Positions 20,045 through 29,403 of a stretch of DNA of 35,768 nt are shown here, one piece after another (position 1 is the stretch's first letter; every line of letters starts with the position of its first letter). The stretch covers positions 1 to 35,768 of the forward strand of contig JAJZYA010000001.1 of NCBI GenBank assembly GCA_021806285.1. Reading direction: 5' to 3'. The DNA is from a bacterium (GTDB lineage Bacteria > Patescibacteriota > Saccharimonadia > Saccharimonadales > UBA4665). The notes below the pieces were generated by a model that saw only the letters and a list, made by a program, of their open reading frames with translations, made no database searches and was not told the DNA's origin. The translations under genes were made by a program, and so were the position numbers.

Positions 20045-20901
20045 TATTTAGCCCCCTTAGTTGCCAATCTAAAGGCATTGGTTATCTCTCTTAAGCGTTG
20101 ATCTCTGAAATTTCTTCTGGCTCGATTTAGATTTAAAGTAATATTCTCTTTTTGATCAAGAGCAAGATGGTTGGAAGTGCTCATAGCCTTAAAGCGTGAA
20201 GCAAATTGAGCTAATTTAGAACTTAAAATCAATTGACTCAAGGCGATTTGAATCATAGATTTTTCTAGATGAGCTGCAACTTCATGAGTATTTGGTTCAA
20301 ATATATAGGTACGGTTGCTAATAGTATCTTTTGATTCTTTATTTATATTAATCTTGACAGCTTCACTTAAGTCAATACTTTTTACTTCTTGGTTCATTAA
20401 GGTTATATAGCTCTGATAATATACTTTTGTTCTAGGATAATTTTGTAAGATTTTTAGAATAGGCTGGGTATTAATGTTCTGATCAACCGTCGGTAATTTA
20501 AAATATTTAATGTAATCAATACTTTTTTGGGCTAACTGGATGGCGCCATGATAACCAATAACAACAACATCGTGTTTATTAGGGTCGTAACTTTCTAACA
20601 TAAAATTAACCAACTTTAAATCGATATCTCCGCTAAAACCTCCTTCAGCGGTAATAATAATATAAAGATCCTTATTAGATAAATGATGATCCTTACTAGC
20701 AATACGACCGTAATTAAAGTCATCTTCAACTCTTAAAAGACGATATATATTCCAAAGTTCATTAAAAAATTTAGTTGAAACTTCTACTCTTTTTTTTGTT
20801 TGAGCCACTTTTAAACTAGCAATTCCTTGAAAAGCACTGGTTAATTCCACTAGTACCGATACATTGTCCTGTTCTTTTTTAAGTTGGTCAATGAGATTCA
20901 T
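20044..20901 (-). CDS. atpG: Divergent F1 ATPase gamma subunit
   Basis: Lies between alpha and beta; IITAEGGFSG; C-terminal helix ASRFKAM...NRARR...LREI. Confidence 0.88.
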   Translation of the reverse strand: MNLIDQLKKEQDNVSVLVELTSAFQGIASLKVAQTKKRVEVSTKFFNELWNIYRLLRVEDDFNYGRIASKDHHLSNKDLYIIITAEGGFSGDIDLKLVNFMLESYDPNKHDVVVIGYHGAIQLAQKSIDYIKYFKLPTVDQNINTQPILKILQNYPRTKVYYQSYITLMNQEVKSIDLSEAVKININKESKDTISNRTYIFEPNTHEVAAHLEKSMIQIALSQLILSSKLAQFASRFKAMSTSNHLALDQKENITLNLNRARRNFRDQRLREITNAFRLATKGAK

Positions 20902-22364
20902 GTTTCTACTCCATTTTGATTAGAACTTGGGTTTGGCAATACGTGATGACTAACGTATTTATTCTTTAATTCAGTTAAAATTCTGTCAAAATCTGATTCT
21001 TCCTTATATTGTTGAGAAATATCTTTAACACCTTTTTTAAGATCTTCTATATCCAGACGATCCCCCAAATCTAGCGAAATAATTAAACTTAGTATTAATT
21101 GCTGCTCTATTAAAGAATAAGAGATACTGGGAATTTGATTAAAGCTATTGAGGATTAGGTCTCCTAAGAACAAAGATCTCTTAGATTCCTCGCTAAGTTC
21201 GCTTCCAAAATGAGAAAACTCCTTAGCTTCCCGGTAATCAGCAAGTATTTTTAAGATTTCGACCGCTATTTTTTTCTGTCTTTCATTATGACCTAGACCT
21301 CCCGCCCTAGTTACGCTTAGACCAAGATTAAGGGCTGGTCGAAAACCATTTCTAAAAGTATCCATGTCTAAAATCCATTGTCCATCAGTGATTGACATGA
21401 TATTAGTTGGTAAATAGGCCGTAATATCTCCATTAGCAACGTGTGATACTGGAATTGAAGTTAAGCTCTTTTTATTATAATTAAGTCTACCTGCTCTTTC
21501 TAATAACCTGGAATGCGAATAAAACATATCCCCTGGGTACGAGTCTCTTCCAGGACTTGAACCAGAAAGCAATGAAATCTCTCGATAGGCATGAGCGTGA
21601 GAAGTTAAATCGTCATAAATAATTACAACATCTCTATCTTTTTTAAGCCAAAGATATTCAGCCATCGAACAAGCTACATAAGGTGCCAAATAATTTAAGA
21701 CTAATGAGTCAAAAATAGTCGATACTATCATTATTGTATTCTCAATTCCACCATTCTCTGTTAATTTGTTAACGATGGCATCAATATCAATTTTTCTTTT
21801 AGCGATTAAACAATACACAACAACTTGATCGGTTTTTTGTTGGTTTATAGCAATTTGGGCAGCAAAGGTAGATTTTCCAGATTTTGCATCTCCTAAAAGA
21901 GCCATTCTTTGGCCCTTAACTATTGGAAAGACGCTATCTACAACCATTATCCCAGTTTCTAGCTGGTCACTTAAAAGTTCTCGATCATTGATATTAGTTG
22001 CTTTATTAAAAATAGGCCAAGCACTTTCCGCCACTATTGGACCTTTACCGTCAAGAGGTTCAGCATTAACTCCTACGATTCGGCCAATGAAATCTTCTCC
22101 AACTTTTGTCAAGAGCTGCTCGTGCTGAATAACTGCTACACTACCAACCGTAACTTCTTTTTTGCCCATGTGCATAACTTTAACCAAATTGCCATCAACC
22201 TCGCTTACAAAGCCCTTACTACCATCTTCAAACAAAACTAAAGAATGCACACTGCAGGGCTGAAGCCCCTTAACTTTTACCATGAATTTATTAACGGCCA
22301 CGACTTCACCAACTGGATTTTTAGATTCTAATAATTTTTTAAAATGAGCTCTAGCTTGTGGCAT
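20898..22364 (-). CDS. atpA: Divergent F1 ATPase alpha subunit
   Basis: PIVKGQR, GDAKSGKST, YDDLTSHAHAYREISL, PGRDSYPGDMFYSHSRLLERA, TNIMSITDGQ and arginine finger SVTRAGG. Confidence 0.95.
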   Translation of the reverse strand: MPQARAHFKKLLESKNPVGEVVAVNKFMVKVKGLQPCSVHSLVLFEDGSKGFVSEVDGNLVKVMHMGKKEVTVGSVAVIQHEQLLTKVGEDFIGRIVGVNAEPLDGKGPIVAESAWPIFNKATNINDRELLSDQLETGIMVVDSVFPIVKGQRMALLGDAKSGKSTFAAQIAINQQKTDQVVVYCLIAKRKIDIDAIVNKLTENGGIENTIMIVSTIFDSLVLNYLAPYVACSMAEYLWLKKDRDVVIIYDDLTSHAHAYREISLLSGSSPGRDSYPGDMFYSHSRLLERAGRLNYNKKSLTSIPVSHVANGDITAYLPTNIMSITDGQWILDMDTFRNGFRPALNLGLSVTRAGGLGHNERQKKIAVEILKILADYREAKEFSHFGSELSEESKRSLFLGDLILNSFNQIPSISYSLIEQQLILSLIISLDLGDRLDIEDLKKGVKDISQQYKEESDFDRILTELKNKYVSHHVLPNPSSNQNGVET

Positions 22365-22848
22365 CTTTGTTTACCTCGCTAATTTTTTTAACTAGAAGCT
22401 CTTTATTGTTTCTAAGAATATTTCCAAGGCTAAAATCAAAATATTTATTAGTAGTCCTTAGTGTAAATCCTACACCTATGGAATTATTTAAACCGGTGGT
22501 TAATAAAATATTGGGATCAATATTCTTTCTGAGCCATTCTATCAGCTTATTTAAGACTAATTCGCTAGTTGGTTGTGTAAAGCTAAAATGCATCACTTTA
22601 GCATTATTTTGGAGATCTTCTAAAAAGTCGCGAAGATTCTTTAGATCTACGGAGTTTGTTAGATCCAATTCATTATGCTTAATCATGCCCTTTAGATTGA
22701 AAGAAAGACTTAAGTCTTTAGTTTGATCATCCCCCCTAATACGTCGCTCTGATATACTGTTCTCAACCATATCTAATTCTCTGATGAGTTTTCTAAGCTG
22801 AGAAGGTTTTTGAATTGATGAAATTAAACTTATTTCTTTAGATGCCAT
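22351..22848 (-). CDS. Putative highly divergent ATPase delta-like subunit
   Basis: Directly upstream of alpha; C-terminal NNSIGVGFTLRTTNKYFDFSL resembles delta's C-terminal D..I.GG..I......ID.S; likely start ATG 22848. Confidence 0.6.
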   Translation of the reverse strand: MASKEISLISSIQKPSQLRKLIRELDMVENSISERRIRGDDQTKDLSLSFNLKGMIKHNELDLTNSVDLKNLRDFLEDLQNNAKVMHFSFTQPTSELVLNKLIEWLRKNIDPNILLTTGLNNSIGVGFTLRTTNKYFDFSLGNILRNNKELLVKKISEVNKDATS

Positions 22849-23470
22849 GCTTAAGATCCTCAATAATTACTTCTTTGTTTTGATCAAGTTCTCCTAAAAT
22901 ATAATCTAACTGATCTTCAAGATCGATCTGATCTCCGATAGCTTCTATTAGGTAGTGGCTAATAATATCTGTCATGTTTTGTTCCATGTTACCTATTAAT
23001 TTTTCCTTCTCTACATCTAGATCTTTTCTAACTTCTTCGGTTATAGTTTTTCTTTGGTTTTCAAGCGTATCAAGGGTCTTTTGTATAGATTCGATCGCCA
23101 TTTGTTTAGCATCTCCAATCGACTGCTCGTATTTAGAGAATTCTTCCTTAAGAGTAGAGCTTATCTCAGATTTCATAAAGTCGTTAAGTTGAGAAGTAGT
23201 TAAACGAAGATCTTGCTGAAGAAACATAGCATTTTCTCCGATAATTTTTTCAAAATAAAGTCTTCCTCTATTTCTGAGCTCTTCCCGAAATTCTCTGTTA
23301 AAGATATGTTCAACGTCTGCTTCCGGAGACTTTCCAAGACTTTCTAAGAGTTGATTTTTAGGGCTCTTTTGGTTTTTTTGAATCTCATTTAATTTATATG
23401 CTAACCATATAAAAGCTATCGTGAAGGCAGTTAGTATAGCAATGATAGTGTAGATCCACCAGACATTCAT
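22838..23470 (-). CDS. Membrane-anchored coiled-coil protein, putative ATPase b-like stalk
   Basis: Single N-terminal TM helix followed by long charged helices; occupies the atpF position. Confidence 0.6.
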   Translation of the reverse strand: MNVWWIYTIIAILTAFTIAFIWLAYKLNEIQKNQKSPKNQLLESLGKSPEADVEHIFNREFREELRNRGRLYFEKIIGENAMFLQQDLRLTTSQLNDFMKSEISSTLKEEFSKYEQSIGDAKQMAIESIQKTLDTLENQRKTITEEVRKDLDVEKEKLIGNMEQNMTDIISHYLIEAIGDQIDLEDQLDYILGELDQNKEVIIEDLKHGI

Positions 23471-23544
23471 TAATTTTTACCCACCGTTTTCTAGTATAAA
23501 CCTTATGCTAATATTATTAGATTATACCTTGAATTGAAATAATA

Positions 23545-24693
23545 CTAAATATCTTTTTGAAGATTTTTGATTAAACTTAGGATATCTCTCTTGGTAGTAA
23601 AACGTCCAAGGGTAATTCTAATACTATTTTTAATCTCTTGATCGGTTAGTCCAATAGCTTTTAAAACATGTGATGGAGCGTCATTAGATGCGTTGCACGC
23701 CGAACCTGAAGCAATCATTATTCCGAGATTATCTAATTTCATGATTAAGGTTTCATTATCGACACCCTTAATAAGTAAGTTTATATTGTTTGCTAGACGA
23801 TTCTTTAAGGTCCCATTAAGCTTAATTCGATGGTTGGGGTCTAATAAGATTTGATCTATAAATAAATCTCTAAGCTTAGTTAATCTTTGAGATTCTTTGA
23901 TACGATCTTCTTGAACAATACTAAGTGCTTTAACAAATCCTATAATAGCAGCGGTGTTCTCCGTTCCAGATCTTAACGAGAACTCTTGACCACCTCCTTC
24001 AATTAATGGATCAATAGCAATATTAGAATCTATATATAGCATTCCACTTTGTTTAGGGCCATATATTTTACACCCATTTAAAGTCATCATATCGAGGCCT
24101 AATTTAGAGACTGAAAGACTTAAATAGTTAGCAGCTTGGCAAGCGTCACTATGGAAATAAAGAGGTGTTTTTACCGCTCGTTCAGTACGACTTTTTTTGA
24201 TCTCTTTGATAAGTTCAAAAATTTTTCTAAGAGGTTGAATGCTACCAATTTCGTTATTAACATACATTATGCTAACCATTACCGTTTGATCATCTATTAG
24301 ATTCTTTAATTTACTTAAATCTACTATCCCATCTTTAGTCACTGGACATATTTTAGTATTATATCTTGCTGCAGGTTTTAAAATAGAATCGTGTTCGATA
24401 GATGAAACAACTAAATTCTTATCTTTAAACTTATTCATCACTCCTTTTATAGCCAAATTATTGGCTTCACTGCCACCGGCCGTAAAAATTACCTCTTTAG
24501 GCTTAATGTTCAAAATTTTAGCAACCTGATTTCGAGCGTTTCTAATGTCTTTCTTAACTTCGATAGATTTTAAATAGATTGAGGAGGGATTATAGAAATT
24601 ATTCTTAAGATAAGGTTCCATTGAATTATAAACCTCGTCTAATAATGGAGTGGCAGCAGCGTAGTCTAAATAGATCATAGACCCAGTTTTCAC
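23545..24693 (-). CDS. iscS: Cysteine desulfurase (IscS/NifS group I)
   Basis: IYLDYAAATP, SEANNLA, NNEIGSIQP, HSDACQ, PLP lysine in GCKIYGPK and SGSAC. Start may be ATG 24678. Confidence 0.95.
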   Translation of the reverse strand: MKTGSMIYLDYAAATPLLDEVYNSMEPYLKNNFYNPSSIYLKSIEVKKDIRNARNQVAKILNIKPKEVIFTAGGSEANNLAIKGVMNKFKDKNLVVSSIEHDSILKPAARYNTKICPVTKDGIVDLSKLKNLIDDQTVMVSIMYVNNEIGSIQPLRKIFELIKEIKKSRTERAVKTPLYFHSDACQAANYLSLSVSKLGLDMMTLNGCKIYGPKQSGMLYIDSNIAIDPLIEGGGQEFSLRSGTENTAAIIGFVKALSIVQEDRIKESQRLTKLRDLFIDQILLDPNHRIKLNGTLKNRLANNINLLIKGVDNETLIMKLDNLGIMIASGSACNASNDAPSHVLKAIGLTDQEIKNSIRITLGRFTTKRDILSLIKNLQKDI

Positions 24694-24699
24694 TTTAAA

Positions 24700-25062
24700 T
24701 TAACCGATCATTGTTTGATATCTAGCGCTAACTAGATCAACGTATTTTCTAATAGTATGAATAAGATTAATTGTTTCTTCTTTTGATAAAAGTTTATAGG
24801 GACCCGAATTTTGAGACTTAAGAATGCCACCTTTTGGCCTTAAAATATACTTGGTCATAACAGAATTATAGCCATTATTATCTTTCCAAGCTTCGTGCCA
24901 AATCCAAGTTTTAGAATCTAGGCAAAAAAATTCTCTTTGATGATTTTTAGGAATATCTCCAAATAAATTTCGACCAATTTCAGATTCAAATTTAATTAAT
25001 TTTCTTTCTATGGAAAGCTTTCTTTTATCTGGATTAATGATGATTCTTGGAAGAATAGACAT
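24700..25062 (-). CDS. Hypothetical protein
   Basis: 120-aa ORF tightly packed in the operon, with an aromatic core REFFCLDSKTWIWHEAW. Confidence 0.75.
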   Translation of the reverse strand: MSILPRIIINPDKRKLSIERKLIKFESEIGRNLFGDIPKNHQREFFCLDSKTWIWHEAWKDNNGYNSVMTKYILRPKGGILKSQNSGPYKLLSKEETINLIHTIRKYVDLVSARYQTMIG

Positions 25063-25063
25063 T

Positions 25064-25312
25064 TTAAGCAGCCTCCTGAGATTTATAAATATCTTCTAGA
25101 CGTTCCTGAATCTCTCCTACTACTGCATTACTACCATCGGCTTTAGGTGGTTGGTTGGTAGTTTCAGGAGTTAGGTTTGGAGTAGAAGACTCTTTTTCCA
25201 TTTGATCCGAAATAAGATTAACGATTTCAAGAGAAGCTTGGAATCCATTTAATCTATCTAAAATAGCACTCGTTACTTCGGGAGTTCTAGCGTGTTCCTG
25301 ATTTCTTAACAT
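25064..25312 (-). CDS. Small hypothetical protein
   Basis: 82-aa ORF fills the gap, has an AAAGG SD-like sequence and ends 1 nt before the next ATG. Confidence 0.65.
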   Translation of the reverse strand: MLRNQEHARTPEVTSAILDRLNGFQASLEIVNLISDQMEKESSTPNLTPETTNQPPKADGSNAVVGEIQERLEDIYKSQEAA

Positions 25313-25343
25313 TAATTACCTTTCTTAAAGTAAAATCTACCTT

Positions 25344-26153
25344 TTAAACACCAAAAAACGCCCTCGCATTTTTAGTGGTCTTAAAGGCTACTTCTGCTAA
25401 ATCCTCACCCCTTAGAGCAGCCAAATAATCAGCGATTACTCGGATGTTTTTAGGCTCATTTATACTACCACGAAAAGGGTTAGGAGTCAAGTAAGGAGAG
25501 TCAGTCTCAAGCACAACGCTATTAATAGGTATACGTTTAAATAATTGGGTTTGGTTTTCGTCTTTAGTAAAAGTTGCAATTCCGTTTATGCCGATTAGAA
25601 AATTTTGGTCTAAAGCTTTTTCTAAATTAGATTGATTATCCGTAAAACTATGCAAGATTGCTCTTATCTTAGTTTTATATGGTTCAATTATTGGCCAAAA
25701 GTCATCGAAAGCATTCCTAACGTGAAATATTAAAGGTAGACTGTATTTAAGAGACATATCTAACTGAAATTTAAGCACTTCTTTTTGGGTACTATGATCG
25801 GAGTAATTGTAGAAATAATCGAGACCACACTCTCCAATAGCGACAACCTTATCTTTTTTGAGTAATTCTTCGAACAGGTTTTTAGAATTCTTAATTTTTA
25901 AGAAATCATTTGCTTCGTGGGGGTGTATTCCAACTGAAGCATAAATATTTGAGCGAGATAAACTTAGGTCTATTGCTTTAATAGAATCCTGTAAAGTGCA
26001 CCCAACTACTATAAGAGTCTTGACTTCTTCTTTATGAGCCCTAGATATTACTTCGTTTAATGTAGAGTTAGATTTTGACCAAAGCCTCGAAGTATGGTCT
26101 TTAGAATCTTCTGCAATTGATTGGATGTGGCAATGCGTATCTATAAATTCCAT
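25344..26153 (-). CDS. tatD: TatD-family metal-dependent nuclease
   Basis: IDTHCH, GIHPHE, AIGECGLDY, FHVRNA and LETDSPYL. Confidence 0.96.
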   Translation of the reverse strand: MEFIDTHCHIQSIAEDSKDHTSRLWSKSNSTLNEVISRAHKEEVKTLIVVGCTLQDSIKAIDLSLSRSNIYASVGIHPHEANDFLKIKNSKNLFEELLKKDKVVAIGECGLDYFYNYSDHSTQKEVLKFQLDMSLKYSLPLIFHVRNAFDDFWPIIEPYKTKIRAILHSFTDNQSNLEKALDQNFLIGINGIATFTKDENQTQLFKRIPINSVVLETDSPYLTPNPFRGSINEPKNIRVIADYLAALRGEDLAEVAFKTTKNARAFFGV

Positions 26154-26175
26154 AAAACTTTCCTAAGAATTTAAG

Positions 26176-27609
26176 CTACTTTGTTTTTTGAAATAATATT
26201 TCAACCGTTTGAGGAATTTCAGTCCCACTGAAAAGGTTGGTGATCTTAGTTGAGGTTTCGGGCATAAATGGTTCTAAAAGATCTGCGATCTCGAGAATCG
26301 AACTAACTAAATAAGAGAAGATCTCTTGAAGATGATCAAGGTCATTATCTTTAAATATTGTCCATGGTTTAGTTTCTTCAATATATTGATTAAGTCCCCT
26401 AATCTGTTTCCAAACTTCTTCGATAGCTTGATCAATTCTAAACTCATCTAGAGCGGTTTCGTAATTTTTAATATCGTGTTCGGGCGGAATTCTATTGGGT
26501 ATTTTAAAGTTTAAATATTTTTGGATCATTGCCGACGTTCTTTGCACCAAATTGCCAAGTTCATTAGCTAGTTCGTTGTTATAAACTTCTTCAAAGTTAT
26601 CCCAAGTAAAGTTGCCGTCTGAAGAACTTGGAATATGCCTTAAGAAAAAGTAGCGATAGGCATCAACGCCATGTTTATCAACTATTTCTTTGGGAGCAAT
26701 AACATTTTTAAGAGTCTTAGACATTTTTTTGCCATCAACTACCACAAAACCATGCGCATAAAGACTAATCGGTAGCTTAAGTCCAAGGCTCATTAGCATT
26801 GCAGGCCAAATAGCAGCGTGAAATCTAATGATATCTTTACCTACTATTTGAATATTGGCAGGCCAAAATTGTTTAAAGTCTGAATGTTCAGGATATCCCA
26901 AGACCGTAATATAGTTCATTAAAGCCTCAAACCAAACGTACATGACTTGACTAGGGTCGTTAGGTACATCAATACCCCACTTAATTTTATCTTTCGGCCT
27001 TGATATGCTTATATCTTCTAGGCCTTTGTCGAAAAGGGCTAGGATTTCGTTACGTCGAGTCTTAGGATAAATTTTGAATTTGTTAGATTTTATGGCGTCA
27101 AAAACACTTTCGGAGTATTTGCTAAGTTTAAAAAAGTAATTTTCTTCCTCAATCTTTTCAAAAGGTCGGTTGTGATTTGGGCAAATTCCATTATTGGCCC
27201 TAACTTCGGATTCGCTAAAATAGGCTTCATCACCAGTACAATACCACCCTATATAACTACCCTTATATATATCCTTTTGAAGTTTTTGCCAGATAAGTTG
27301 AGCTCTTTGAACGTGGGCTGGGTCAGTCGTTCGAACGAATCTGTTATTTGAGATATTAAGTAGTTTGGTTAATTCTAAAAATTCTTTGCTAATACTATCG
27401 GCAAGTTCTTGGGCGCTTATTCCTTGAGCTTCAGCTTTCTCGTCGATTTTACCACCATGTTCATCCGTACCTGTAGAGAATATTACTTGCTTATTTTGTT
27501 TCCTAGCTCTTCTGGCATAAACATCCGCTATCAAAAAATCTAAAGCATGTCCTAAATGCGGAACATCATTAACATAGGGTATAGAGGTTGTTACGTAAAA
27601 CTGATTCAT
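26176..27609 (-). CDS. metG: Methionine--tRNA ligase, short form
   Basis: FYVTTSIPYVN, HLGH, GTDEHG, YVWFEALMNY, GKDIIRFHA and KMSKT; no C-terminal appended tRNA-binding domain. Confidence 0.98.
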   Translation of the reverse strand: MNQFYVTTSIPYVNDVPHLGHALDFLIADVYARRARKQNKQVIFSTGTDEHGGKIDEKAEAQGISAQELADSISKEFLELTKLLNISNNRFVRTTDPAHVQRAQLIWQKLQKDIYKGSYIGWYCTGDEAYFSESEVRANNGICPNHNRPFEKIEEENYFFKLSKYSESVFDAIKSNKFKIYPKTRRNEILALFDKGLEDISISRPKDKIKWGIDVPNDPSQVMYVWFEALMNYITVLGYPEHSDFKQFWPANIQIVGKDIIRFHAAIWPAMLMSLGLKLPISLYAHGFVVVDGKKMSKTLKNVIAPKEIVDKHGVDAYRYFFLRHIPSSSDGNFTWDNFEEVYNNELANELGNLVQRTSAMIQKYLNFKIPNRIPPEHDIKNYETALDEFRIDQAIEEVWKQIRGLNQYIEETKPWTIFKDNDLDHLQEIFSYLVSSILEIADLLEPFMPETSTKITNLFSGTEIPQTVEILFQKTK

Positions 27610-27646
27610 TAATCTTATTTTATAATAAAAAGTCGATTGGGATAAA

Positions 27647-28897
27647 CTATTCTCTCCGATCTACATAATTTCGACAAAAGTCTTCAAAGACAGCATTTGT
27701 CCAACCAAACCCTTCTTGAGATGGATAAACACCTTTAAAGGGTGGTTTTTCGGGTCGTACAACGTTGTATTTTTCAATAAAGTTATGATGAATAATAAAC
27801 CAGTTGAGATTAGTTTTAAGCCACTTCATAGCTATCGTTCGAGCTTCTTTATGATAACCATATTTTTCGAGGCCTCTCACGACAAACATATGTAAAGGAG
27901 CCCAGCCATTTGGATAAGCCCATTGAGTTGGCATCGAACCTAAAACGAACTGACCAACCGGAAGAGTATCAGTTGTAGCAAGCCCGCCCCTATACTCAAA
28001 TCGTTTTAATTGTTTAACTAAGCTTTTAGCCATATTAGCGTCAACCATTCCAGCCCATAGCGGGACATAAGCAGCTAAGGAATAGATCGGTCCTTTTTTA
28101 TTTTTAAGATAATTATAATCAAAATAAAATTTTTTAATTTTATCCCACATTAACTCATTAATCACTGCTTTTCTTTGATTCGCTAAATCTTCCCAACGGG
28201 CAGCTTCTCTTCTATTGTTTAGGATTTTAGATGCTTTTGAAAAATCCATTTCGTATTTATATAAGAAGGCATTTAAATCAATTGGTAGAAAATTTAAAGC
28301 TTTTCGATTAAATCTAGGTGTCATATCCCATCCACTTTCAGCTTCGGCTAAATCATGTAATAAATTAGAGTCTGTGTATCTAGAAAGACCTTTATATACG
28401 TTGCGTAGATTAGGCTTCGTAGTTCCCATCCATACAATTTTATATTCATTTTGAGCGACCGTAATTTTGTCTTCAAGCCATTTATTATCTAATTTGTAAG
28501 TATTATAAATATCAAAAATTAAAGAAGTTAAAAGAGGAGGCTGAGATCTACCCATAAGATAAGTTCGTGATGCATTAGGTATAATCTTAAATCTGTTAAA
28601 TAAATAAATGATATTATCTAAAATCCCAAGCACGAGATCTTTATGCTCTTCATCCAAAAGACCTTGAACTATAAAGTAACTATCCCAATAGTACATTTCA
28701 TTAAAATCAAAACCTAAGACAGAAGTAACCGAGGGTACGATATAGGGATTTGGTAATCCCAGTAAACTCTCATCATCCTTGGGATGATAGCAAGTTAACT
28801 CACTCCAATAACTATGGATATATTCCCTGGCAGGTTGAACTTCTTCCTTAGTTAGACTTACGTCCGATCTTAATGATACTAATTTTCTTATATTCAT
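27647..28897 (-). CDS. Trehalase, glycoside hydrolase family 37
   Basis: FNEMYYWDSY, RSQPP, AESGWD, PIDLN, QWAYPNGWAP, EKYNV and QEGFGWTN. Confidence 0.92.
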   Translation of the reverse strand: MNIRKLVSLRSDVSLTKEEVQPAREYIHSYWSELTCYHPKDDESLLGLPNPYIVPSVTSVLGFDFNEMYYWDSYFIVQGLLDEEHKDLVLGILDNIIYLFNRFKIIPNASRTYLMGRSQPPLLTSLIFDIYNTYKLDNKWLEDKITVAQNEYKIVWMGTTKPNLRNVYKGLSRYTDSNLLHDLAEAESGWDMTPRFNRKALNFLPIDLNAFLYKYEMDFSKASKILNNRREAARWEDLANQRKAVINELMWDKIKKFYFDYNYLKNKKGPIYSLAAYVPLWAGMVDANMAKSLVKQLKRFEYRGGLATTDTLPVGQFVLGSMPTQWAYPNGWAPLHMFVVRGLEKYGYHKEARTIAMKWLKTNLNWFIIHHNFIEKYNVVRPEKPPFKGVYPSQEGFGWTNAVFEDFCRNYVDRRE

Positions 28898-28993
28898 TAA
28901 CTATATTAAACAAGGTATTTAATAAATAGTCATCAACAAAACTAAAAAAACTTTGCAATGGATAATTTAATCTAACGTTTTTCAACTAGTTTA

Positions 28994-29393
28994 TGGTGGA
29001 GCTGCCGGTGATTGCAACCGGGTCCGCTAGTTTAATTAATTAAATGTCTACAGGTTTAGTCAATTTAAAATGCTTGTTTAAATAAAAATTAACAAAATAT
29101 TAAACAAGTTCCCTTGTAAGGTCTATAGCATTAAAAATAAAGGGAAAATTTTTAATGAGCATCCAGATAATATAAAGCACTTAATCAAAGTCTGGAACTT
29201 TTAATTAAGCACTGCCTTTAATAAGAAAAGGCTGGTGCGAAAGGAGCAAATACGCTAGCAAAAGAGCCTTTGATACTTGCTGCTAAATCGCTGATTCTAG
29301 ATTTTGCATCTAAAAAAATTTTGCCTATAACGCTGACAAGCGACCTGCAAATTTAACTATTAAAATCCAACGTCGAGCTTTTGATTCAGCCCC
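28994..29393 (-). ncRNA. ssrA: tmRNA (transfer-messenger RNA), about 400 nt
   Basis: 5' GGGGCTG pairs with 3' CAGCTCC-ACCA including the G3-U70 alanine identity pair; T-arm CCGGT-TGCAATC-ACCGG; 5' TCGAC; internal resume context TAGAT-GCA-AAA. Confidence 0.95.
29218..29307 (-). other. tmRNA tag reading frame: (A)AKSRISDLAASIKGSFASVFAPFAPAFSY*
   Basis: Translated by hand from the GCA resume codon (29307-29305) to TAA (29220-29218), 29 codons. Confidence 0.8.
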
Positions 29394-29403
29394 ATCAAAT
29401 ACA

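Noticed and set aside
18393..23470. N-ATPase, V/A-type or flagellar/T3SS export ATPase
   Set aside because: Gene order is F-type with separate alpha, beta and gamma; there are no atpQ/atpR/a/c genes and no V-type or secretion genes.
27647..28993. Genomic island integrated at the tmRNA 3' end
   Set aside because: No integrase, and no duplicate of the tmRNA 3' end was seen downstream.
28994..29030. tRNA-Ala gene suggested by the CCA end and T-arm
   Set aside because: The matching 5' acceptor strand is about 400 nt away with a tag ORF in between, so this is tmRNA.
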